Assembly: GCA_024626585.2 (NCBI GenBank)
Contig: JANKJI020000004.1
Span: 60,556,146 to 60,587,620 of the forward strand
Reading direction: 5' to 3'
DNA from: Ginkgo biloba
Taxonomy: Eukaryota > Plantae > Ginkgophyta
Length of the DNA stretch: 31,475 bases
Shown in pieces: positions 9,553 to 21,099 of this stretch. The position numbers and the translations under genes were made by a program. A model generated the notes under the pieces. That model did no database searches and was not told the origin of the DNA. It worked only from the letters and a program-made list of their open reading frames with translations. The stretch's first letter is position 1. Every line of letters begins with the position of its first letter.

Positions 9553-10337
9553 NNNNNNNNNNNNNNNNNNNNNNNNNNNNNNNNNNNNNNNNNNNNNNNN
9601 NNNNNNNNNNNNNNNNNNNNNNNNNNNNNNNNNNNNNNNNNNNNNNNNNNNNNNNNNNNNNNNNNNNNNNNNNNNNNNNNNNNNNNNNNNNNNNNNNNNN
9701 NNNNNNNNNNNNNNNNNNNNNNNNNNNNNNNNNNNNNNNNNNNNNNNNNNNNNNNNNNNNNNNNNNNNNNNNNNNNNNNNNNNNNNNNNNNNNNNNNNNN
9801 NNNNNNNNNNNNNNNNNNNNNNNNNNNNNNNNNNNNNNNNNNNNNNNNNNNNNNNNNNNNNNNNNNNNNNNNNNNNNNNNNNNNNNNNNNNNNNNNNNNN
9901 NNNNNNNNNNNNNNNNNNNNNNNNNNNNNNNNNNNNNNNNNNNNNNNNNNNNNNNNNNNNNNNNNNNNNNNNNNNNNNNNNNNNNNNNNNNNNNNNNNNN
10001 NNNNNNNNNNNNNNNNNNNNNNNNNNNNNNNNNNNNNNNNNNNNNNNNNNNNNNNNNNNNNNNNNNNNNNNNNNNNNNNNNNNNNNNNNNNNNNNNNNNN
10101 NNNNNNNNNNNNNNNNNNNNNNNNNNNNNNNNNNNNNNNNNNNNNNNNNNNNNNNNNNNNNNNNNNNNNNNNNNNNNNNNNNNNNNNNNNNNNNNNNNNN
10201 NNNNNNNNNNNNNNNNNNNNNNNNNNNNNNNNNNNNNNNNNNNNNNNNNNNNNNNNNNNNNNNNNNNNNNNNNNNNNNNNNNNNNNNNNNNNNNNNNNNN
10301 NNNNNNNNNNNNNNNNNNNNNNNNNNNNNNNNNNNNN

Positions 10338-11646
10338 GTGTAAGAACTAGAGAATATGATCATCATCTTCAAGCACTTTCTAGTGCTCAATTTTATTTGG
10401 TATAGAAGTCCTGACTAGAAATTCTACCTCAAACCTTTTGTAAGAAAGGAAAGGGTGAGGAGATGCTAAAACTACTAGTGAATTGGCAAATATATTTTTT
10501 TTCTTTAGGAACAAAATAAATTGAAAAATCTTGAAATCTTTTGATCAATGTCTATTCTTGAATCTTATATTTCTTTAATTTGTCATTTTTTATGACATAG
10601 ATATCGTGAACCTAATTTATAATTAGCTTTGAATCTTCGTATACTTTCAACTATGTAACCCCAAGGTCCATATCCTGTCGTAACCCAAGCACCAGAGATT
10701 TATACTTGGCTATATTATTTGTACAATCAAATTGGATTCGATATAACAATGGATGATGTTCTCCCTTTGGGTCTTCAAGGATGATCCTATCCCCAACCCT
10801 TGATTTAGACTTATCTCCATCAAACCGCATTATCCATATACTAATTGATCCAAGACTCTAAAATGATTAATAATGAAGACTTACATAGGTTTTCATCTAT
10901 AATTTTAACTATCTTCCCTCATAGCTATATAATCTCCACTTGAGGCTCAAAATATAATTCACTCTATGTAATTGGAGGTAATAGGACCTCCTTTACTTGA
11001 TGGTCATTCTGATTGTCCATGTATATGGATTTTTTAAACATAGTTCAAATGATCATCATAATTTAAATCAAAATATATAAATAAACTAACAAGATCGTTA
11101 CATTGCATCCATATTAAGGCCAAGATAATGTAGAGAATATGGGAGGAAGAATAAGAATCCTAATAAAATAATATTAATAGATAATCACCATTACACACTT
11201 TCTAATTAAAAAATAACTATCTTTCATCATCTAAATGTAGAAAAATCAATATAACAAACCAATAATTAATTACCTTAATCCTAATTTATCTTTTTCCATA
11301 CCACAAAACAAAAGTCAACATAATTCCCTTTTGTAATGGGTATATATAGCATGAAAATCCATGGAGGTTTTTAATTGCATAACTCAAAGATGAAATTTAG
11401 GGTAATAATTTCTATTAGAAAGAACTCTCTACATCCTAAACATTTATTTCAGACTACATAACTAAATTCAATAGAAGGAAATATATCATGGACTCTAAGT
11501 CACCTTTCATTTTTCCCAACCTATCTATTTTTGAATAGAAGTTTTTTAGATCAAGCTAGAATTATATCTAGGATGTCAAGGCTACCACATTAAGATGGCA
11601 ATAATTAAAATTAAATGGAATGTTAAACTTCTGACAATAATTTTTA
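10338..11646 (-). mobile_element. Degenerate Ty3/gypsy pol fragment of the Tat/Ogre type (RT and RNase H remnants plus additional RNase HI)
   Basis: 10836 to ~10462 translates WIMRFDGDKSKSRVGDRIILEDPKGEHHPLLYRIQFDCTNNIAKYKSLVLGLRQDMDLGVT*LKVYEDSKLIIN*V...FSIYFVPK, matching the WxMYFDG...CTNNxAEYEAL...GDSxLV RNase HI of Tat-lineage elements. Weaker RT-like traces at 11350-11600. Confidence 0.8.
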
Positions 11647-13945
11647 NNNNNNNNNNNNNNNNNNNNNNNNNNNNNNNNNNNNNNNNNNNNNNNNNNNNNN
11701 NNNNNNNNNNNNNNNNNNNNNNNNNNNNNNNNNNNNNNNNNNNNNNNNNNNNNNNNNNNNNNNNNNNNNNNNNNNNNNNNNNNNNNNNNNNNNNNNNNNN
11801 NNNNNNNNNNNNNNNNNNNNNNNNNNNNNNNNNNNNNNNNNNNNNNNNNNNNNNNNNNNNNNNNNNNNNNNNNNNNNNNNNNNNNNNNNNNNNNNNNNNN
11901 NNNNNNNNNNNNNNNNNNNNNNNNNNNNNNNNNNNNNNNNNNNNNNNNNNNNNNNNNNNNNNNNNNNNNNNNNNNNNNNNNNNNNNNNNNNNNNNNNNNN
12001 NNNNNNNNNNNNNNNNNNNNNNNNNNNNNNNNNNNNNNNNNNNNNNNNNNNNNNNNNNNNNNNNNNNNNNNNNNNNNNNNNNNNNNNNNNNNNNNNNNNN
12101 NNNNNNNNNNNNNNNNNNNNNNNNNNNNNNNNNNNNNNNNNNNNNNNNNNNNNNNNNNNNNNNNNNNNNNNNNNNNNNNNNAGTTTACATTGGGAGGAAT
12201 TTGATATGAAAAAGACTAGATAAGCTTGTTGGTGGTTACATGTATATAAGATTATAAGTGGTTGCATGTTTCTTGTATAAAAGTATACATGATTTTATGT
12301 GTACAATATTATATATTATATGTCTAGGTTTATTGAAAAAATCTATTATAGTAGGTACATGTTGTAGTATGTCATATCCATTAACTATAACCATATTGCA
12401 ACCATGTTATATATCATATTGTACAATGGATTATTTCTCACATAGTATGCTACCTAGCTATATGCATGATGAAGTTGAATTATTATAACCATTTTATAAT
12501 GTGGAACATATTTTAAGTCAAGCACTATCTTCATTCTTTAGTAGCTTGGCTTTTACTTGACCTATAAATATGAAAAATAAAGTGAATTAGAAACCCTAAA
12601 ACCCTAAAAATTAAGCTTTAAAAAACTAGAAACTCTAGAAATTTTATAAGTTCATAAGTTTATTACCAATTCAAACCTATGTTTTAGTTTTGTAAATAAA
12701 ATTTAATACCCCTGAAAAGAATCAAACCCTAAAGTTACCAAACTCTCCTTTTGATGCCAACATGTTATGTTATATTACTAGACTTACCTTGCTTAAGGAG
12801 TACTCTCTATAATACAATTGACCACCATCAAGAATGTTTTACTACCTATAAAAATATAGATCGCCTAAGTCATCCTAAGTTACCATTCTTATTCTTTCTA
12901 AACCTCCATTATAATATAATATGTCCTAACATAAATCATCATATATACCTCTAAGGTCTTAAAATGTCAAAATGAGGAAAAATCTAAATTAAGCTGGGTG
13001 GAAAATAAAAAGGGCTCAAGTAAAATTGACTTACATCTCCATTACCCTTGAGGCCATAATTTAAACAAAATAAGGGAAAAATTTAAAATAAGTCATTCAG
13101 TAAAGGTTTTAAGAAGATATGACCAATTTTAAGAGACAACTGAGATTTTAGGATTTTTTGTTTTCTATAAATCTCAAAAAACTCACCTAATTAACCATTG
13201 ATCAAATAGCACTTCATCTACCAATAATAATNNNNNNNNNNNNNNNNNNNNNNNNNNNNNNNNNNNNNNNNNNNNNNNNNNNNNNNNNNNNNNNNNNNNN
13301 NNNNNNNNNNNNNNNNNNNNNNNNNNNNNNNGTGAGAAATGCACTTAGATCTTTGATATTTGCATCACTGATAATGAAACCTTGAATTTTATGAGATATT
13401 GCTTGATTTTGATCCTCTCATGTAGTCAAGTCTTATTATGAAGTTGACCCTTCATAGGCCTTGATTTATTATTAAATAACCTTAGTTGCACCATCCTCTT
13501 ATGGAATTTACCTATACCTCATCTTTTGTCTTTGTAAAAGAGGTTAAAATTTTATTTTTTTGGTATGTCCACTAGGGAGGAATTAAAAATACTAAGTAAC
13601 GAATGCAATATATGTCGCACTCCTCTCCAGACAAGTTTGAGTCATGGCACCTTAAAAAATCCTTAGAAAATAGTTGATCTACTTCTTGAGGAGTGCATTC
13701 TAATTCCTAATTCTTCTTGTGACATCCTATGCCTATGTGGCCTTTTCCATGTGTTTAAATTTTATTTGTCATTTAGATCCCTCTATACAATATTTATCAC
13801 TTGTTTGGGATTATAAAGCTATGAAAATAACATATGATTACAGTGGTTGAAATTCAATTATGCTTTGTATATGTAGTTTATTCATCTTCATGAGTTTTAG
13901 TATTTATTGAATGTCTATCTATATATTAAGTAATACCAAGGAAGT

Positions 13946-14140
13946 CCTTGAGGGACATGTTGTAATGGACACGACTTTGGGTTTATACCTATCGGGTCAA
14001 AGGTTCCACTCCCACAATTTACCCCCTTCTATGATGGGATAGTGTAGTGGGCTTGGGGATTAGGGGTGGACAAAATTTGAACTGCACTCTCACAATGAAA
14101 AGCTGACTAGTTTATCGATACCCCATGTAGAAAAAACAAA
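13946..14140 (+). mobile_element. tRNA-derived SINE (~195 bp) with target-site duplication
   Basis: A-box-like TGTTGTAATGG (13958-13968), B-box-like GGTTCCACTCC (14002-14012), and an A-rich tail (aaaaaacaaa to 14140). Flanked by AGTAATACCAAGGAAGT (13929-13945) and AGTAATCCTAAGGAAGT (14141-14157), 15/17 identical. Confidence 0.75.
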
Positions 14141-15137
14141 AGTAATCCTAAGGAAGTTGTACCTATTCTAATTTTTGTGGGGGTTTGATAGAGGTGTTGA
14201 TTTACTTACATGGCTATTATCATTAATCTAATAACCAATGATCAAAATTAAAAAAATTATAGCCCATCAAATGGGTTTAAATTTATGAGAGAACTATTAT
14301 GGTTAGGTTTATTAGTTATATATATACCATTACATGATACATATATACTATTACATATTACAAATTCAACATATGTATAGCATACATATAGTTTAAGAAA
14401 CCATGTATACTAATGATACTAGAAATTTACATCTCTTATCTCTTTAATATATGAGTGAACATAATTAGAAATCATTACCAAAAGCCCTCAAAATAGATTA
14501 GATACTAGAAATTGAAATTTCACAAATAGAGTTCTTTAATAAAGAGGAGATGATAATAAACCATAAACACAAAAGNNNNNNNNNNNNNNNNNNNNNNNNA
14601 AACATGAATTGAACCTATCAAAAAAAAAAAAAAAAATTAAAATTGAGTAGAAATCAAATATAAGTCAACAAAGGATGGTTTAAAACCTATAAAATGACTA
14701 TACAATATACATCCTAATAATAAGAAACATTGAAAAACTTGGAGTTAATGTTAAAGTCTAAAAGAGGACTAAAAAAATTACAAATCCTAAGCCTAAAATA
14801 CATATTTATTTAAGTGGAAAATGCAAAGTATGTTCTCAAAGTTAGAAAAAGGATGACAAAGAACATAGAATTATATGCACTAAAAATGAAATAGAAGAGT
14901 AAGCCAAATTGTAAGATGATATATGATGAATATTTCAATACCATTTAAGCATTTAATAATAATCCTAAATAAAATTAATAGAGGAAAGATTTGTAGAGAA
15001 AAAATCTAAAATTAGAAAGTTGTCCAAGAGATTATATNNNNNNNNNNNNNNNNNNNNNNNNNNNNNNNNNNNNNNNNNNNNNNNNNNNNNNNNNNNNNNN
15101 NNNNNNNNNNNNNNNNNNNNNNNNNNNNNNNNNNNNN

Positions 15138-18100
15138 TTGATATTTGAGATAATAATATGACTTATAGTAAGATATATTATACCTATGTATCTTTTGATA
15201 ATATTATTCTTATGACTTAAATTATATGGCTACATAGTATATTATATCGATTCAAAAAGATGTTATAATTAAAGAGGTGGCTTTAGGGGTGGTGGAGACA
15301 CAATCTCAATAATCACAAGCATGTACATTACAATATTTCTCATAGAGAATTCGTCCATGTTGAAACACTTTANNNNNNNNNNGGGATTACCAACGGCATT
15401 TGTCTTCTATATATTTAATCAAGGCCAAGAAAATATAAACCACCTTTGGTGGTAGTGTCTTCAAATAAGATGATCTAGCATTTACTTTTAAAGTATTTAA
15501 AATTGATTATAAGGGACACTAATTGGATAAGAACTAGTTTCTAATCCATCCTTTCTTTATAAATAAATCATGAAAATGAGTATTCGTTTATTTCTCTCAA
15601 GATCATCTTATGTAATTGATCTAGTTTATAATATTCAATACATCACTATACACACAGTATATACTTCACAAACCTAATCTTTTTTCAATGGAAATCTTGC
15701 CAATCTAAACCAAAGAGTTAAGAGCATAATGACCCAGGTTTGTGAAAGTATTAGGAATTTAAAATTAAAATATTCAATTCATAGAAATATTGGTGCTAAC
15801 CCTACTCTAAGAACTCAGAGTCTATTTAACATGCTTAGTTAGTAAAAATGAACTATAGTTATACTTTAAGTCTCACGAATGACTTCACATCACCTAATCA
15901 TAAGTTTGTGAGGATAATATATAATAGTACCACCTAAATAATATTGATCTAAATTCATATTTATTTGATTATATGTTGATAAATCATGAGGGGGAGGGGA
16001 GGTATGATGAATTGGGTTCATGTAATGGTTAAATCATCACTTACCATTAATAAATAATACAAATGAATCAGGTTAGAAGTGGTTGAGAATGGAAAGCCAA
16101 AATAATTCTATATGGATAACATATAGGTGAATATGAAGGCATGTAAAAAATGAATATATGAGGTAATAGAATAAGGATGAGAGGTAGTTAATGGGTTTTG
16201 TATAGGAAGGAAATATAGAGAATTAGTCAAGGATACACATTAATTCCATAATGATTTTTTTATTAATCATTGTATCAAACACCGAGGAAGACAATTATGA
16301 AGTAGTGGATGATTCAAATATTTTTAATTTATCTCCTAATTGAATTCAACATCATAAACCAAGGAGGAGTTCAAGGTAAAGGAAATCCATGAGGAATATA
16401 CATAGTTAAAGGAGATATAGATGGATAACCTATTGATAAAGATGGAGAAGAAAATGATGCTCTTACTAGACCTTAATTTACCTNNNNNNNNNNNNNNNNN
16501 NNNNNNNNNNNNNNNNNNNNNNNNNNNNNNNNNNNNNNNNNNNNNNNNNNNNNNNNNNNNNNNNNNNNNNNNNNNNNNNNNNNNNNNNNNNNNNNNNNNN
16601 NNNNNNNNNNNNNNNNNNNNNNNNNNNNNNNNNNNNNNNNNNNNNNNNNNNNNNNNNNNNNNNNNNNNNNNNNNNNNNNNNNNNNNNNNNNNNNNNNNNN
16701 NNNNNNNNNNNNNNNNNNNNNNNNNNNNNNNNNNNNNNNNNNNNNNNNNNNNNNNNNNNNNNNNNNNNNNNNNNNNNNNNNNNNNNNNNNNNNNNNNNNN
16801 NNNNNNNNNNNNNNNNNNNNNNNNNNNNNNNNNNNNNNNNNGTAGAGTAATTTATGACACTATGGATAAATGGATTTACCTAAGAATTATTCACAGAAAA
16901 TAATATAATTTTTTATTACCACTATGAGATTCATGTGTATATTTAATTATATAAACTTTACCATGATTTTTTTTTTAGAAATGTATCTAACATTTAATTC
17001 CATTGTTCATATAGAAATTAAAAATACCACATCACTTGCTTGGATACTAATGCTAAGNNNNNNNNNNNNNNNNNNNNNNNNNNNNNNNNNNNNNNNNNNN
17101 NNNNNTCAAGGTTTCATGCCATAGTCCCTTTTTATATTTATTCATAAATGACTCTACTAACTTAGATTCAATGTTATTTTGGGTAGAATCCATCATAGTA
17201 CAATTAATCATTACCTTTTCCTATGTAAGGTAACATTTCTTGGGGATTAATACCTTATCTTCTATGATTTTCATTTTGACCCATTCTCAAATAGTCTTTA
17301 TTTTTCTTGACAATAGGAAAATCTTCTCTTATAAGAACACAACACTTGCTTGATTTTACTTTGTTTGTATAATATTGTGTTTCTCCTTTACCCATTAATG
17401 AAAAATGGTTGGATTATTTTTTTATTCTTAAAATATTTCATTATGTGTTATTGTTGAAGGTCGAGGGAAATATGTTCTCTTGAGAGTTTTGAAAGGTTTA
17501 TTAAGTAACATCATTATCGTTTATGGTCTTAGTATTGATTCTTAACTAGTACAGATAATGTACTATATTGACGTTGTGGATTGACCTCAAGTACCTATAG
17601 TTCATATATTCTCAATACTTGACTAGGCCCCATCGTAAAAAGATAAATTCAATTTATGTAGAAGCATTAGTTGATAATGTGGGATGTAATGACCAAATCA
17701 TCAATAGAGCTCCTTTATGAGTAGTAAAGGATATTATATGATTTTGGTGATAGAATGTCAAATGAATTTCCTAAGGAGTTACCCTGATGTTAGTATGTAT
17801 GCCAAAGGTGAAATGTCACCAACAACCACCCCTTATTGTATAAATTGATTCAAGATGTTGGGCTTCAAATGATAGATAAAAACATCAGTTACTTCTTATT
17901 ATATAAGGATGTAGCTCAACTAACTTTTCATGCTTTAATGGTTTCCAACTATAACTAAGAAAAATATTATGTAAATTATTTATTTGATAATAGTAACTAG
18001 CTAACTAGAAAAAATTAATATCTTTTCCTCTTAAAGTGTTCATCAGTCAGATCTCTAGAAGGTTTATCATCATATTGGGGTTGTAGTCAGTAATGAATCA

Positions 18101-19328
18101 AATATGACATACACCATAAGGTATAGTTTGTATGAGATTTTGGTTATATCATTTATGTCATAAAATTATTAGATGGAAACCTTTTGTACTCATATGAATG
18201 ATAAATTTTGGCCTTATCTTGACAAGTCCATTACAACATATAAGGGGAAATAGTAATATATAATGCAAAATAAATAGAGAACTGACACTAGTTATAAATT
18301 ATTTTAATTTAAATTAGCCTTGAGACCATATTCCATCAAGAACCCAAAAGATCATATTTTTCATGAGGTATGGGTGGAGACCTAAGAGCAATATCTATAA
18401 ATACCCAATTGGCATTGTTTATGGTTGAGACTAGGATTGTACATGATCATCTTTATGCCCCCAACTAATGTATTTAAAGTGTAAACTTTCTTCGAGTGCA
18501 CTCTTTTTTTTTAAAGTGATGTCTTCATAGCCATCACTTAGCTAATTAACTCTAAAAGTAATCACCTATAAAAAGGATAGGATGGTGGATGCACATCGAA
18601 AAGCAAACTAGTTGGGCCAATTCAAGATCTGACTATAAGATTATTGATTGTAATAACTTAAATAACATATACTATTGGAACTAGAATTACCATGACCATT
18701 GACATTGGACTCGCCCTCCAATGGATCCTCATTAAGGGATTTAGATTATACTCATTCTAATTATCATACTCGATGAGGCTAATATTGTGATTTATTATCA
18801 CCACCTCTCTATTAGTACTGGACAATTTGTATGGCTATCACCTTCCTTAGATGTGGTAATTATTTATGAAGCTCCCAAACTAGAAGTAAAGCCTAATTAT
18901 TGATCACTCATATTCACACTTATGGATGCACTACTTGATCTTTGAGATAAGCACGCTGACTTGTAGTCAAATACATTAGACCTATGTATCTTTTCCTAAT
19001 ATTATTCTTATGACTTAAAAGTATACGAATACATAGTATCTAGATTATATCCATTCAAAGAGCTCTCATAATTAGAGAGGCGACATTAGGTATAGTGGAG
19101 ATACAATCTCAATAAGCAGAACCATATACATTATAAGCTTGCTCATATAGCATTCATCCATGCTGATATACTTTATAAATGGGGATTAAGAGGGGCATTA
19201 ATCTGCTAAATACGTCAATCAAGGCCAAGAAAATCTAAACCACCTTTGGTGGTAGTGTCTTCAATTCAAATAAGAATGATCTAGCATTTACTTTCTAAGT
19301 TATTTAAAATTGATCACGAGGGATACAT
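15138..19328 (+). mobile_element. Old degenerate Ty3/gypsy-like LTR element with two diverged direct repeats
   Basis: Direct repeats 15138-15518 and 18936-19327. A degenerate PBS-like TGGATAAGAAC follows the first (15524). Weak integrase-like traces: VVD* followed, after a frameshift, by KY (about 17570-17595) and KYDIHH...F (about 18100-18130). The repeat is certain; the LTR interpretation is moderate. Confidence 0.5.
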
Positions 19329-19532
19329 AAAGATAATGTAGAAAATTAATGAAATGCAGATAAAGATATTTACTTTCTGGTGGCAAAAGATACATAAATG
19401 TGTATATGGTTATAATGTAGAAAATGGTGAAGTACATTGATCGACATTCATATTGATTCAATTAGATATTTGAACAATATAGTTGAACAAAGACGGAAGG
19501 CAGATACAAGGATAGAATATAAGGAGATGAGA

Positions 19533-20237
19533 CTAGGATGCATCAGACCAGGTGATTTCGTAGTCTCCGACGTCGGAGCCGTGGATTCCCAACGCATCCC
19601 AGACAGCGGGGGAGGCGTCGACCACGTTGTTGGGACAGGGGGGCTGGAAGTCGTGATCGGAGTCGCAGCCGTTGACAGAATCGCATTCATCGACGACCAT
19701 GGCCTGAACGGTGACGCCGTTGGCAGTGATGCGAATGTTGTTTAAGCAACGGCTACCGCCGTTGTACCAGCCGGTGGAGAGAGCAACGACCATCTCGTCG
19801 TCGTCGTGGAAGCGACCGTCGCATTCGGAGGCGCCTCCGCCGTCCCCTCCCTTTGCGAAGCTGTTGATGGTCATGGTGGCCGGCGTGTTGTCTGAGATGG
19901 ATGGAGAGCAGTGGTACTGCGGGTACTCCTTCCCGGCTACGCAGCAATCGGAGTCGTGCTGTCTGTTGCACTTACCTGTTCGCCCGGTTAAGTGTCCGCT
20001 GGCTTTGCAATTGCCGCTGCCGCTGCCGCTGCCAGGGTCGGAACACACGTGGCTTCCTACATCCGGATCGTCTGTACACTTTCCATCTACGCATACCAGC
20101 TGCCCCGGACAGTCGTTGAGCGTCTGGCATGAGTCTCCGCATCCGCTCTTCTGAGCTGCTGCAGTACATGAATACCACAACACTGCAATTGCCATTCCCA
20201 ATTTCAACCAAACGTACACCCCCGCCCCCATTCTCAT
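19533..20237 (-). CDS. Kiwellin / ripening-related (Grip22-like) secreted protein with N-terminal Kissper domain and double-psi beta-barrel domain, 234 aa
   Basis: Intact intronless GC-rich ORF with a signal peptide. Kissper-like [40 protein letters not shown] linker, then DSDCC...[75 protein letters not shown] and ITWSDA. Confidence 0.96.
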   Translation of the reverse strand: MRMGAGVYVWLKLGMAIAVLWYSCTAAAQKSGCGDSCQTLNDCPGQLVCVDGKCTDDPDVGSHVCSDPGSGSGSGNCKASGHLTGRTGKCNRQHDSDCCVAGKEYPQYHCSPSISDNTPATMTINSFAKGGDGGGASECDGRFHDDDEMVVALSTGWYNGGSRCLNNIRITANGVTVQAMVVDECDSVNGCDSDHDFQPPCPNNVVDASPAVWDALGIHGSDVGDYEITWSDAS

Positions 20238-20325
20238 TCTCTACCGAGTCTGAATTTGCCTCCCTCTCCCTCTTTTAATTTACTACGCCACAACCTTACA
20301 TGAATTTAGTGTTGGACAATTACAA

Positions 20326-20333
20326 TTTATATA
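20326..20333 (-). promoter_or_regulatory. TATA box of the kiwellin gene
   Basis: TATATAAA on the minus strand about 90 bp upstream of the ATG. Confidence 0.55.
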
Positions 20334-21099
20334 CTTGGCGCTCTCCCAGGGCAGGGCGCTCTGATGAAAACAATGTCTTTGTCCTGTATATGCATTAAAA
20401 CTTGAGAAACACGCACTCTCTTTCCTTCCATTCGGTCTCCTTTTCACAACATTCGACGTGTTAAATTAATCCCTTCAATAAATTATATATTATATTGCAC
20501 TCTGACTTATATTTTGCACTCTACAGCGACAGCTGATTTACGAAATTGGACGACGATCAAATTGATGCAATTCTTTCCCCTTTTCTACACGGCAGGCCCC
20601 AATCATGATTGATATTTTGATGTTAATTATAGCAGGCGGTTCTGGTTTTATGCGACCATTCGATTTGGGTCCAAATCTGTTTAGTTTTCAGACTGCTCCC
20701 GCTGCTTTTATTTCACGTGGATTCCTTCACGTTTCCTTCTGCTGGGACAATTTTGTGAATTTCCAATTTCTATTGCCTAGTGGTGGTGATCCATTTTCTC
20801 GCATTTATCACATAAAGAATTCTTATTTCGTTGCTAATTTTCACAATACATCATTTGGACCGGGCCTAAGATTCGTTGTGGAGTTAGGAAATCATACACG
20901 TCAATTTGCCATTGAAAAAGATTGTATAATTTTCTATTTTATAATAATCCTAGCTTTCTCATGGGGTGCAATGTTAACATATAAGCACGGTCATTAAGTA
21001 AGTTGTAAATTTGTTTGAACTATTGTCACGTGTAACACTTTCCTATTTTTAAGTTACAAAATATATGTCGCAAACTCCCATGATTCCTTTGATATATTA

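Noticed and set aside
12591-12735. AAACCCTA telomere-like / telo-box motifs
   Set aside because: Only about three scattered copies in TE-like AT-rich sequence; this is not a telomeric array and there is no adjacent gene.
19437-20211. Alternative-frame and antisense ORFs over the kiwellin gene
   Set aside because: These are expected in GC-rich coding DNA and have no independent support.
20605-20997. 130-aa ORF divergent from kiwellin
   Set aside because: No recognisable motif, and the composition is typical of non-coding promoter DNA.
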